Shown piece by piece: positions 26,094 through 39,280 of a DNA stretch of 54,254 nucleotides; the stretch's first letter is position 1, and each line of letters opens with the position of its first letter. A program made the translations under genes and the position numbers. Below the pieces are notes generated by a model. It had not been told where the DNA came from. It saw only the letters and a list, made by a program, of their open reading frames with translations, and ran no database searches. Source of the DNA: Octopus bimaculoides (lineage: Eukaryota); NCBI RefSeq assembly GCF_001194135.2, contig NC_068981.1:93290799-93345052 (forward strand), given 5' to 3'.

Positions 26094-27167
26094 ATAGATA
26101 GAGAGATATATAAGATAGATAAATTTGAAAAATAATCGATTTAATGACACTCCCAATATGTTCTTAAAATATACATATATATATGTTGAGGTCTATAAAG
26201 CCTATCGAGAACCATTGTTTAATATAATCTGTGAATCTTTTTGTAAATGAATTAATAGCTACTATCTAAACAAGTGATATGGTTTTTACGTTTGTTTTGG
26301 GAAAGTTAAATGGCGACTATTTGTCGGACATTTTATTCTTGTTTACTTTTTATTATTATGATATTATTCAAATCTCAATGCCAGTAATTAGATGAGTTGT
26401 AGGTTATCGGAATTTGACCTTTAATAAAGTAAATGGAAACTAATCTACATTCTTAGAAATTTGAATTCGTTTAATGATTTCTAACAACTTAACATTGTTA
26501 AGAAAACAGTGTCAAATATTCACAAGTACAGAAAATTCTCACATTATAAATTTACATTCATATAATCAAAATTACGCCACAAAACTATTCCTAAACACAA
26601 GGGAATTTCTTGGACAGTCATTGAAATGTCGTTAAAGACCCCACGCAATGCAACCAACATGCGTAGATTCATACTTTAACGAGGAATACCTTTACAATGC
26701 TTGATAATTTGAAGCTAAAACGTTCAGAATCATTTTGGCTATATGACAATATCATTTTATAATTATTTTGTTTAAATCTTACTCATGACTCGTTATTGTG
26801 AAAATAATGAGTTTTATCTTCACTTCTATTTTTAAAATTTGTATGATACGATACTTCTTCAGGATATTATGTTTATCTATAATTTAATTTTATTCATTCT
26901 TAAGTTTTGCGTTGTTTGCCTCAATATACGTAGTTTTTGTTTTTTTGTTTTTTAACGTTACAACTATTTTCATTCATGTTGCTTTGTGATATACAATTGT
27001 CAAATCAACATTTGCTCTTATCTCTTAATTTATTCACTAAATATCTTATGTTGCTTATTATGATGTAAAACATTTTCTGAATTTATGGTTCAATGTACTT
27101 TGTTCCATTCACTTATTCGGTTTTACTTCCATAATATTGATTTTTCATGTCAGACATTTTCTTACAG

Positions 27168-27230
27168 ATCAGATAGTGGGACGAAGTAATCTGCTTTTTT
27201 CTTTGCGTGTTATTTTGTTCGTGAGTTTTG
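27168..27230 (+). CDS. Candidate exon A (QIVGRSNLLFSLRVILFVSF; phase 1-1)
   Basis: Acceptor ttttcttacag, donor TTG|gtatgt, open frame. Phase-compatible with candidate B. Confidence 0.3.
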
Positions 27231-27560
27231 GTATGTGCAGCTTAGGCCTTGCATTTCTGAGCTTTCTGCTTCAGTAAACTATTTTAAATTTACAAAGAAT
27301 AACATCGTTCTACAGCAATAAGCTCCTTAACGCCATGCTTGACCTCCTGAATTTAGTGTTACTAGAGTTTATGTGGTTTATATACTCAATAGCCGAAGAA
27401 TTTTTTTTTTTTTTACATTAGTTAGCTTATGGAGTGTTTAATGTTTTCAGGAAACATATAAATACAAAATAAATACTTCTTTCCTGTTCAGTAAATACAT
27501 CATCGTAACTCAAGTTCTGTAGTTAATACAATATTGTTAATTCATGTGAATTCCTTATAG

Positions 27561-27633
27561 GAAGTTACAGGATTCTTTCTACTCTGATAAATGATCAAGA
27601 TGATATTTATGATGTTAAACCTGACTTATGTCA
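27561..27633 (+). CDS. Candidate exon B (SYRILSTLINDQDDIYDVKPDLC; phase 1-2)
   Basis: Acceptor ttccttatag, donor CA|gttagt, only one frame open. Confidence 0.33.
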
Positions 27634-28258
27634 GTTAGTTTGCTCATCATTTCTAACACGGAGAACAATAATACATAAAGCAGATTATTTTACACCAAAC
27701 CTATGCGTAATCTGTACGTAGGCTAAAGTCATATGAAATTTCAAATGGTTTATTTTGCAATGGTATTTAATGGAACAAATTTAAGCTCCATATTGAAAGC
27801 CAGTGATCATGTTATGAACGATGTTTAGTGTAAGGCATTTAGTACACGTCTCTTTAATATTTCTTGATATGTTAGTCATAAGTTACAAATTCAACTGATT
27901 TCTCACAACTAATTGTTTAAATGTGGTAATATATGTATAAGTTGTGTGTGTGCGCGTGCGCATGGATTTCTCTATTTCAGTGCACATCCACATAAAAAGA
28001 TACCTCGAATAACGTACTATGACCTCAAAAATGCAACAAAATGATTATGTAGATAGAAATATGTAAATCTACTTGCATTCTATTCTGAAACAACTACTAG
28101 AATGAATTAAGAAAATTTTGAAAGCAGTACGCCAATACCTCTTTCCTTTCCTGAGCGTCCAATAATACTATCCACATCACGTCCTCACTTTGTGTTTTTT
28201 TGTTTTTTTGTTATTGCTTTTTTTAACTATATATATATATATACATACACACACACAT

Positions 28259-28320
<62 letters not shown>

Positions 28321-28361
28321 NNNNNNNNNNNNNNNNNNNNNNNNNNNNNNNNNNNNNNNNN

Positions 28362-28396
<35 letters not shown>

Positions 28397-28399
<3 letters not shown>

Positions 28400-29933
28400 T
28401 AGTGGTCAAATTTAGAGAACGAAAATAAAAAAAATAATTATATTTAACTTTTCTACTTCATTTTTCCAAATGGAGTTTTTACAGTATATGCATTAACGTA
28501 TGTTCATATACAATATATTTCGTGGGGAGTGGTTAATAACTAAATTATTTATAATAGAAAATATTGTTTTCTCGAAAAATCCAAGATGTAAAATTTCGAA
28601 AAATCAAAATTTGGCCAGAAGGTTTTACAATCCACATCAATATATTAATGTGTGTACATTCGTTTATCTTTAATGACTTTTGCACATCTCTGTTCTTAGG
28701 ATTTGACCAATATCTCACATTGCTCTGGCATAATTTCTTCCATTCTTCCTGAAGTTTTTCCCACAAAATCGCATTATTCGCAGGTCGGTGCTCTTTGATC
28801 TAATCGCCTAGTATCTTCCATAAATTTTGAATTCTGTTAAGGTCAGGGCCCCGAGGTGGCCAACGCATCACAGTAATGTTTTCAGCTTCAAACACCTCCT
28901 TAACTATCTTAGCATTGTGACATGTCACATTATTCTGCACAATGATTGGCTGCCCAGTTGGAGATGACTTCATAGTTGGTACACACATACTACAGAACGA
29001 TGCTTTTGTATATGGCTGCATTCACATTATCATGGGTCCGGGTTAAAAGCCCAACACTTTCTTCAGAAATTATTCCCCATACCATTAAAACCCCTCTCCA
29101 AACTACACTGATTTTTTCACGCACTTAGGGAGCAATCCTTCACATCTACGTCTCACGTACTATTTAACATCGGAGCAAACCAAATTGAACTTGCTTTCGT
29201 CACTGAAAAACACACGCAGCCCTTTGTTGTCCATCCAAAGTACGTGCACGTCAGCAAAGACTAATCTCGCTATGCGGTTCTTCATTCTGATGAGAAGTTT
29301 AATGGCGGAAGAACGGGCATGAAACCCGATTTCTTTCAAACGATGAACCAGTCTTCTGAGACACATTCATTTCGTAATCACAATTTATTGGTAAGAAATT
29401 CCTGCTGCGCTATTGAAACAGTCTCTTAACAGTCTCTAAATCACACAGTTTTGCCGAACACTTGTTTTCTGTAGTCTCCCTCATTTATCTAACGACACAA
29501 ATGAGCTTGTTTCTTTATAAAGCTTGAGTATTCCTGAAGCAGCACTTTTTGAACTGTTAATGTTTATGGCGATTTTTTCAATGTGACCACTCGCTTCCTG
29601 AGGCTTTCATCAACTTTATGTCGGCTTGCCATTGTTAATTCAATATAAATCTTCGCACTGTTAGGTCAACCTAGATTACATCGGTTGGAGTGTTGCCAGA
29701 TTTTACTTTTAAATTTTACACCATAAGTTATCTAATTTTGTCCATCTTGAATTCTTCAAATAAACATTTTCTCTATTATAAGCTATTTAGTTACTAATGC
29801 CTTCCTACAAAATTTATTATAAATAATGAACATACTTTAAAATATATATTGTAAAAATGCCATTCAGGAAAACAAAGTAGAAATGTAAATATTTATAGTT
29901 TTTATTTTCATTCTCTAATTTTGGCCGCTACTG
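28397..29933 (-). mobile_element. Decayed Tc1-family transposon with long (>100 bp) TIRs
   Basis: TIRs CAGTAGTGGTCAAATTTAGAGAACGAAAATAAAA and reverse-complement CAGTAGCGGCCAAAATTAGAGAATGAAAATAAAA; TA on the left. Transposase fragments FFSDESKFNL, VQNNVTCHNAK, GPDLNRIQNLWK (second D and E decayed). Confidence 0.92.
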
Positions 29934-30318
29934 TGTATGCATTTATATTTGAAAAAATGAATAGTAATGGCTTATATTTGAAAAAATGAATAGTCCTGAC
30001 ATTTTTCCACTTTAATAATTAGATGTTTATAAACTTAAAAACGTCTAATTACTAAAGTGGAAAAAGTTATCAGAAAAGCCATTCCTATTCATTTTTTTAA
30101 AATATTTAATACTATACCAAGGACATTCTATTTCTTATTCCACTATATATATNNNNNNNNNNNNNNNNNNNNNNNNNNNNNNNNNNNNNNNNNNNNNNNN
30201 NNNNNNNNNNNNTATATGTGTGTGTGTATGTATATATAAATTTATATAAATAAGGATAAGATCGTTATTTTAAAATACCGATCTTATCAGGTGGCTAGCA
30301 TGGGAATAAAAACATATA

Positions 30319-30364
<46 letters not shown>

Positions 30365-30374
30365 GACACATATA

Positions 30375-31566
30375 CACACGTTACAGAAGTAAAAAGACAC
30401 CCTTAGAATCATTAAAATTTATTTAGAACAAATTATATATTCAAATTTTTTATTAGTTGAAATAATGTGAATATTTAATTTTTAGTAGAAATGCCCTTTG
30501 CGTTTTTCAATGCAAGGACCCTATTAGGTATTTTACTGAGCAGCTGATGAATATTCTCTTGATGAATTTCTTTTCTAAATTTCATGCAGTAATCTCAAGG
30601 ATGCTTTCTTTTTCTTTTTATGAAGTGCCTTGTCCATTATGACCCTGAGGTTTCAATAGGATTCATATCTGGTGACTCGCTTGACATGGAAGCTTTTTAA
30701 TGCCATTCTCATCCAACAAACCTTAGGTCATTTTAGCCGTGTAACAAGAAGCTCCATCCTTTATAAATAAAGCGTCTTCTTTAATCATTTTAGTACTGGA
30801 GAAGATTGGAGGGTGTCGTTGCTGTACTGTGGACACATATTTATCTGCTCTGATCAACCATTACTCCAAATTGAACCTCAGACCGTCTCGGAATAGCTTC
30901 CGTGTTTCATTGTTGGCTGCAATCTTTTCACATCAAATTCTTGATCACAGAGAGTCTCCAGACCCACACCCGACCACCGTCAGGAAATACAGCAAATCTG
31001 GTCTCATCAGAGAATATGACTGTCGTAAAATGCTAGTGGCCTCTCTACCATCTCACTGGCCCAATCTTTTCCCTGCTTGGTCGAAGAAGTGGCTTCCTCC
31101 GTGCTGCTCTGCCACAGTAGCCATGTTTGTGGAGATACTTGACAGCTGTTCTGGGACTGGCATCAACTTGTTCTGTTATGTCAGAGGCCTTGAAACGAGA
31201 ATATTCCCCCACACTTCTCTTAACAAAGAGAAGGGTCTTTCAGAGGGCAATGGTTGATCTGGGAGAGGTGATGTGGACCCCTTCCCATCTCTGGTGAATT
31301 GCACAATCACTATTAACTGTAGAAAGCGGGACACCCAAGGATTTCTGCTACTTTACGCTGACTATGTCCATCTTCAGAATGACTTACAATACGGTCTCTT
31401 TGAAATTCAGACAGTTCCAAGGCTTCTATTGCACATGACATGATTAAAGAGTCACATATAGAAACTGAAACATCAAAATGTCAACAATAAGAAATATAAA
31501 CCCTTACAAGTCAAATAAACATAAAACGATGTTTTATGATGTGTCTATTTACTTCTGTCGTGTGTG
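30375..31566 (-). mobile_element. Decayed Tc1-family transposon, related to 52599-53844
   Basis: TIR core cagaagtaaa.agacac at both ends. Fragments RFAVFPDGGRVWVWRL, QEFDVKRLQPTMKHGS, DGASCYTAK and PDMNPIE. Confidence 0.85.
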
Positions 31567-31614
31567 TGCGTGTGTGTGTGTGTGTGCGTGTGTGTGTGTG
31601 TGTGTGTGTCTGTG

Positions 31615-31647
<33 letters not shown>

Positions 31648-32416
31648 GTGTCTGTGTGTCTGTGTGTGTGTGTGTGTTTGCGCGTGCGTGTCACGACGTC
31701 GTCAACTTACACATCGTTACACTGAATTTTGTATCTTTCTTAACAGCATCGTCCACTATAAGGAGTTAAAACATTTCATCCAACTTTATTCAACGTTCTC
31801 ATTAACAGTACTTTATTACCCTTGTCAGAAATCGTATGGTTTCCTACTTATAAATGTTTTGATTATGTCCGTTTATATTCTTTCCAATAACATTCCTAGC
31901 CTATAGTAAATGGGAATGTGGGAAGTGTGAAACATTTTTAAATACGCTTATTTTGATAAATATACCACAATATTTTACAGTTAACCGTTAGAACGGATAA
32001 AACTTTCAGGTAACAGATATTGGAATATTTCCTTTCGAAAGTATTATAAGACCACTTAGTTGCGATATTCTATCGCTTGCTGCTGTCGTCATCAACAACT
32101 CTAGAATATTATAAAGTATTTCACTAATGCTACATATGTAACTGAGAATATTATTTTATTAATTCAATTTTATGCATTCTAAATGTACATAAATACACGA
32201 TCCTATCAACATCATTATCTTCGAGGGATTAATTTCTGTGAGTTGACGGAGGATTTTATTACAATGTCAGTTTCTAGAATTATCTTATAAAAACTATTAC
32301 TATATATTGCAATCTAGTCAAACTTCGCACCGCAGAAAATTAACTAGGTAAACATCGTATCATCACCTTTGCTACTGGAAGTACATCCGCAAAATTGCAC
32401 ATACAGTTTCTGACAG

Positions 32417-32457
32417 TCTTCACACTAACTTAAGGATCACGACAACAAACTCAGTAG
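32417..32457 (+). CDS. Candidate exon C (LHTNLRITTTNSV; phase 2-1)
   Basis: Acceptor tttctgacag, donor TAG|gtaata. The only open frame matches the phase left by exon B. Confidence 0.3.
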
Positions 32458-33421
32458 GTAATACATTAAGCAAAAGAAATAATATTTCCTCTCGGTTTCA
32501 GTGGATCTCAAAACGATAAATAGTATAAAGAATGAAAGAAAAGAGAAAGGGGTATATGAGGAAAACGAAAGGTAAAACATGAGAAGATTTGTTATAATAC
32601 GAAACAGAAGACTTGTAGACTTTGTTTTTTTTTTTTTTATTTGTATATTTCCCGTTATGAACTAAACTGCATACAAATGTTTATTAATGATATGGGAAAA
32701 GCTTCTAGAAATCTAAAGAAAAATCTACCAGGTGTCACTTGTTTACATTTTTTGAAATATAATTCCTTATCAACGTTAATCACAACAGACACAAGTTTAA
32801 ATCAATTCACTTGATGCTATATAATCTTACACACTTGCCCGAAAGAACGCACATGCATAACTATACATGTATGTGGGGGTGGGGTGAGTGTTTTCTGTAT
32901 CAGATTCGAAAGTTCAAGGTATATACTTTAAAATGAAACTTTAATTATATTCGAGAATAGCTTCCTCCTGATATCATTTATATCTAACGTTTTCGATAAA
33001 CAGTAATTTTGAATTAAAAAAATACATATTTCTACTCAGTGAAGAATATTGTTCGAAAAAATTAGATTCTTTTTCTGCTACATGTTAAAACATTTATTTT
33101 TTTCCCCGTTTTTGTACTTCTACGTTGAAATTCATTTTTTCAAGTCTTACAGTTTACTCTATTTGTCAGTTTTGTTGGATGAAATCATTTATAATACGTT
33201 GGATGTAATCTTAAACACCTGACTGATTTATTGGCCATTTATCTTTTATAAGTCATAATCGTATTCTAGTGATTACTGAACAATCAGAGAATATTAAACA
33301 CCTTGTCCAGAGTCATCAAAATGTAAATTTAACTTATATTTCAGCAATAGCTTTATTTTCTTTAGAGTGTAACATGCTTATTGTTATAGCTAATTGAGTT
33401 GTGTTATCTTTGTTTACACAG

Positions 33422-33501
33422 GAAAAACTAAATCCTACTTAAAATATGAACTATACTCTACCGATCCTGTTGTCTCACGAATTTTGATTATTACAACATA
33501 G
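33422..33501 (+). CDS. Candidate exon D, possibly terminal (KTKSYLKYELYSTDPVVSRILIITT*)
   Basis: Acceptor ctttgtttacacag. The only open frame matches the phase left by exon C. AATAAA lies about 15 bp after the stop. Confidence 0.25.
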
Positions 33502-33789
33502 CTCTCTTATACTAAATAAATTTACAAGTTAGTCGATATTGTTGAAGCAGAAAAAGCTTTATAATTTAACATAACGTGTGTTAAATTTGCTACTTTTATG
33601 CCTTTACTGAGTAGAAATTCTTTCTACTTAGAATAAACCATTTTTGAGCTAGATTTGTACTGAGTTGCTCCGTTTTTCTACTAGTATACTTATACTTAAG
33701 AAAATATAAATATTCAAAATATACCTAAATTCACATATAAGATGGAGTATTCAAATTGCACTCTATGTCTGTGTAATATCTTTTAATAC

Positions 33790-34415
33790 TGGTTTCAAAT
33801 TTTGGCACAAAGTCAGCAAGTTCAGGTAGGAAGCAAGTCGATTACATCGAACCCAGTGTTAAACTAGTACTTATTTTATCGATCTCAAAAGTATGAAAGG
33901 CAATGTCGACCTCAGCGGAATTTAAACTTAGAATGTGAAGTCGGATAAAATACCGTTAAGTATTTTTGCCCGGCGTGCTAACGATTCTGCCAACTTGCTG
34001 CTCTGTATTAGTTTTTGATATTATTTACATTGCATAAGACTGCGAGACTTTGCACCGAACAAAATGCTTTGCGGCATTTCTTGTCTTTACATTCTGAGTG
34101 CAATCGGTGTTAACTTTGCCTTTTATCCTGTTGGGGTCGATCAAGAAATAACAATTCAACACTGGGTTCGATGTAATCGACTTACCCCGTCCAACGGAAT
34201 TACAAGCCTTGTGCCAAACTTTGATGCCGGCATTATTTATTAAGACAGCGAGCACATATAAATGTTAGCACGTCGGACAAAATATTTTGCCAGTTATTTT
34301 GAATTCAAATCTCGCTGAGATCGACTTTGCATTTCATGCTTTCGGGGCTGATAAAATAAGTACAAGTCTAGCATGTAATCGGCTAGCCTCTTCCCCGCAA
34401 AATTTCAGGTCATAC
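33790..34415. mobile_element. Cluster of three SINE family 1 copies (minus ~33790-34003, plus ~34030-34225, plus ~34243-34415)
   Basis: Repeated gtcgac..tttcat..ggggtcgat and gatgtaatcgact motifs in both orientations. Confidence 0.8.
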
Positions 34416-35636
34416 GTCTATAGCATGAAGAAAAAATGTATTATTTACGTTACATGGTTTAACTTGCACTGGCCAATATCAATTACATATTTAACTGTAG
34501 TTCTACAAATATGACACTTGAAATCATTGTCGTAGTAGAAAGTAAAATAAAAGCACAGTACATTTATTTTAAAATGTTATTGTAGACAAAATTATGAATA
34601 TAAATAGAGCTGACTTGCTTGATATATATCTATCTATTGAAAGATCAAATCTAGACAATTTATTGCTATCTATGTTTGATGAAAATAATTTCTATATTCA
34701 GTAATACTTCAAGAATTATTCAATAATATCAGTCTGTTGAAATCATTTTCGGTCATATGGAGATCTAAAGATACAAAAATAGCCTTTCGATAAATAGAAC
34801 AACTGGGTGATATTGAGCAATAAATAACTTATTTTACATTGCTTAGGATTGTTTATTTCATTCTCAACGCCAGGAAATATTGGATCACTGCCATTAATAT
34901 GAAGATAGGATTCTAGCTGTTTACATTTTCACTGCTCTTTATATTTGCAGCATTATTTTTTTGCATTACTTTTTCATTAATACCTAACTTCAATATCATT
35001 TCAGATCTGAGTGAATTATAATACCATTGAAGAAAAACATTTCTTTCAACATTAAATCAGACTGATCTCATATAATGGATTTCAAAGACATTACAGATTA
35101 TATACATCTGTGATCGCATATTCAAATAATTACTTCCTTATTTATTTTCTAAACATTTATTTAATTTAATTTCTAAGCAATTTCTTTGAATCAGGTGCCT
35201 GTATTAAAGGTGGAATAATAAGAAAATTGAAAACAATATATCACTTTGTTTTCTAGTCTTTACTATATACAAATTATACTCCATAATTTAACATACGGAT
35301 ATGAATAATTGTAACTCCTATAAATTTAACACTTCTATCTATGATAAACGATTTATGAAATAAACATGTTGCTTTTTGTATATTGTAATAGCTTGTATAA
35401 CTTTACTTCTAAAATTACTGTGAGTTACTATATCTATGTTTAGTAAAAGTACACTAAGCTATAGTAGATTATGCTTTTAATATTGTTTACTATAGTATAG
35501 GAAGTAATATATATACTTAGCAACCATCATCCAAATTGTTACAAGTTGACTCCACATACTGTCCCGTGTTTGATGAAACATTCTTTCATATATAATAGAT
35601 TCGTTTTCAAAAATGAAAATTTATGTCGCTATTCAT

Positions 35637-35782
35637 GGTGTATGTGTGTGTATGTGTGTGTATGTATGTGTGTCTGTGTGTATGTGTGTGTATGTATGTG
35701 TGTCTGTGTGTATGTGTGTGTATGTATGTGTGTCTGTGTGTATGTGTGTGTATGTATGTGTGTCTGTGTGTATGTGTGTGTG
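35637..35782. repeat. 30-bp-period compound TG minisatellite (~4.5 units)
   Basis: Unit tatgtgtgtg-tatgtatgtg-tgtctgtgtg is repeated. Confidence 0.85.
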
Positions 35783-37429
35783 TAGTAAAGCTAGTCGCCA
35801 CATCAAAGTAGCTGCTGTATGTTACTACGAGTTTAACCCCAGGCAGATTTTCCGTCAGCTGGTTATCGGTGCGACTCCGCACCCTTTATGTACGGTATAT
35901 TGTTAGCAGGTGGGGGCTAACACATTCCACCTTCTAGCAGGTGTCAGGATCGCGAGACTGACTCAGTTTCGAGATATTTGTTTCATCCTCATTCGTGAGC
36001 ATCTGTACGCCAGAACCATAGCTCGAGTTCGCTAACGCTAACAATATACTGTAAACAAAGTGGTCATCGGTCACTGATTTACAACAAGCAAAATAGCTAG
36101 TTGTAAAATCTCACGAAGAAATCAATGCAAAACGAGTTCATAATACGCCACGGCAACTTCGGAATTTTCTTCTATAATTGAAGAATAAATAAAAAATATA
36201 TATATATATTATTGGCAAATGTATTTTGTTTCGTATAATATTTTCTCTTAGTTATTTTATGCTCTGTTTCAAGTATATTTTCATCAATTTCGTTCTACTA
36301 AATTAACTTCATCTAAACTATAAAATTTTATCCAGCGACGCACAGACTGAACATAAACAAGCCACAACAATAACGCTTAACATAGTATTTATTGTTTATT
36401 GAATCAGTTTCACTTTACTTCAGTTGTTTTTTGTTTACATTTGGTGCATAATCCCACGCTATTACATCTAAAATAAAAACTTATTAATAGGCTTAACATA
36501 TAACGAGCAATATTCCTAATGTTGTACAGATTTTCTCGAGAATTTACTGTTTCTATTTCAGGGCACATTGGGTTCTATAAATACTGGTATTACTTTAATC
36601 CAACATTTTCTTTAGCTGTAAACTGGATTATATCTACTTAGTTTTCGCATTTATTCTATCTAAAAGTGTCACCCCATGATAAACAATCATGTTTGTGTAA
36701 GCTTTCAAAATCGCATATTTCTCTTTTATTACTAATAAGTTACTGTACCAAAAATATATTCGTATTCGTTTTAACCAATGCAATGGAAAAAAATCTTCGC
36801 TACTATATGGACATTTGCAATTATTTTAATCACTTCAACCGAAACAAATTATTTATGTATTACATAACTTTTACTTGCATAAATGATTACTGATACAATA
36901 TTATTGAAGTAAAGAAAATATGCTATACATCACGAGAGGGGAACTGAAACTAATAACACCAAAAACTTTCTCAAAAATATCTTTGTCATAAAAAGAAATA
37001 GCATTAGCCGAGAAATTAAACTAAATCGCGGATTCAGCTTAAAACAAATATACTTCGACAAGAGCAAGTACAGCTTAGAAAGAAATTCAATGAAGTGTAC
37101 GTGAACTTCAGATTATGCATGGCTAATGAAATCTAATGAGACGGGAAACATATTCGGAGTTCATATTGTACTGTGATCAGTTTTTAATTAGATACAGCTT
37201 GACATCATCTTAATTTTCTTCGCCAGAATTATTCGTTGACATGCTAATTTCTTCTCATTATTAAGTGTGATGTCTTTCATTTGTTTCCCTCACTGGACTG
37301 CAGCCATGCTGGGGCACCTTCTAAGGTAGATTCGTTTGTCAAACGAATCTACCCCAGTATATTTTTGTTTTGTTTCTTTTTTAATCTGATACTAATTCTA
37401 TTGTTTTTTTTATTTCTATGTCAAAACTT

Positions 37430-37560
37430 TTCTCTAATTTTTTTCAAAATTTAATTGTCTTCCATACTTAGAGTTGAAAAAGTCTGAATGACTAAAACCG
37501 GTACAAAAATGTCTTTCATGATAAAATTATTTTAGCATTTTCTACCTCGACTTTTTTCCT
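37430..37560 (+). mobile_element. Second copy of the 18955-family terminal unit, hammerhead-like motif at 37471-37505
   Basis: gag-TTGAAAA-agtc-tgaat-gact-aaaa-CCGGTA-c. Reverse complement aligns to 18955-19090. Abuts a TA-rich repeat. Confidence 0.65.
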
Positions 37561-37601
37561 TATACATACACATATAGGTAGATAACTAAATAAATAAATA
37601 A

Positions 37602-37634
<33 letters not shown>

Positions 37635-38099
37635 NNNNNNNNNNNNNNNNNNNNNNNNNNNNNNNNNNNNNNNNNNNNNNNNNNNNNNNNNNNNNNNNNN
37701 NNNNNNNNNNNNNNNNNNNNNNNNNNNNNNNNNNNNNNNNNNNNNNNNNNNNNNNNNNNNNNNNNNNNNNNNNNNNNNNNNNNNNNNNNNNNNNNNNNNN
37801 NNNNNNNNNNNNNNNNNNNNNNNNNNNNNNNNNNNNNNNNNNNNNNNNNNNNNNNNNNNNNNNNNNNNNNNNNNNNNNNNNNNNNNNNNNNNNNNNNNNN
37901 NNNNNNNNNNNNNNNNNNNNNNNNNNNNNNNNNNNNNNNNNNNNNNNNNNNNNNNNNNNNNNNNNNNNNNNNNNNNNNNNNNNNNNNNNNNNNNAGAGAG
38001 AGAGAGAAATGGAGTTAAACGCAGGTGTTATTCTGAAAAACCACACATATATACATATATATAGTTACAACACCATAAACAGAAACATGAATATTCATA

Positions 38100-38265
38100 T
38101 ACGACGGGTTTTCTTTATGTTTACCTCTAATACATCTGTCACAAGGTATTTAGTCAGCTCGGAGCAATAGTAGAACATACATGTCTAAAATTACACGCAG
38201 CGGGACTGAACCCCTAATCAACTGGGTGGGAAGGAAACTTCTTACCACATAGTCACGCCTGCATT
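38100..38265 (-). mobile_element. SINE family 3, degenerate 5' half
   Basis: gggactgaaccc..ggaaggaaacttcttaccacatagtcacgcctg resembles the head of 25585-26015. Confidence 0.7.
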
Positions 38266-39192
38266 TATGTTGATGATTTAAACATTATCATGCTCTACTT
38301 TACATCAGGTCGTTTACATTATGCATGTCTTTTTTAATGAAATTGAGTGAATTTTTTTTTATCAATGTGGTGAGCATCGAGAGTTAATATTTCCTAAATG
38401 TGAAATTCACACTCTTTGAATTAAAGAGTATTATTTCGCTTTCCACACCGCGGTTAACATGCCTCGAGTATGTATGAATGTTAGTTTGCTATCTTTGTGT
38501 TTTTTTGTTTTACATTGAAATAATAGATGCATATTGCAGAAATTCATGTTATTGAAACACAATTCTGGCGACTGAAGAATTTAATGATTGAAGAACCGTT
38601 ACGCCTATATAAGAATCAAAGCCACAGGGTAAATAACGCAGTTACAACATACAATCATAAATAATTAGCTTTAGATAGTCTAGTGCCACAAAAACATGAT
38701 AACATTACCAGTTTTAAATTCTGTATGCTTGGAAGCAAATCGCAGCGATACTGTTTAAAAGCGTTATAATTGACCTAAACTAAAGGTTAGTATTTTAATA
38801 AGTTACTGAAGTATGCTTTAACCATTTTGTAAACAAACATCCCTTGTTCAAAGAAAGAATTATCTTCTTTCTTCCGCAATTACTCATCGTATCAACATTT
38901 TTGCTGTGGCATGGAATTTCCTATTTCATTAACTTAAGTGTATTACTTTTTGCAATTTATATTTAATTTTCTTATCAATTTGCTTCTTTAATACATCTTA
39001 AGAATGATGATATATTTTCTGCTATTAAATAAAACTGAAATATGATATTTTTAATGTAGAAATTAATAAAGTTAGAAAAATATTTTTTCGGAAAGCAAAT
39101 ATGATAATGAATTAATGTGTGTTATAGATAAATTATATCAAATTATATTTTACCACTGCAAATTCAGTGATATAGCAAGTGTCTTGACATAG

Positions 39193-39280
39193 GTTTTTAC
39201 TGTACAAGAAATAGAATCGAAGGAATAAGTATTTCTGTCGAGATTGAGAGATTATTCAACACCATATCTGCAAACCTTAG
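39193..39280 (+). CDS. Candidate exon E (FYCTRNRIEGISISVEIERLFNTISANL; phase 1-2)
   Basis: Acceptor gtcttgacatag, strong donor TAG|gtatgt, open frame over 88 nt. Confidence 0.33.

Noticed and set aside
29942-29996. Short tandem duplications (here, 14108-14155 and 44025-44063)
   Set aside because: Ordinary slippage or repair duplications with no further structure.
35950-36000. Hammerhead-like cgaatga...ctcGAAACtgaGTC on minus
   Set aside because: Two core mismatches, poor helix II and no helix I.
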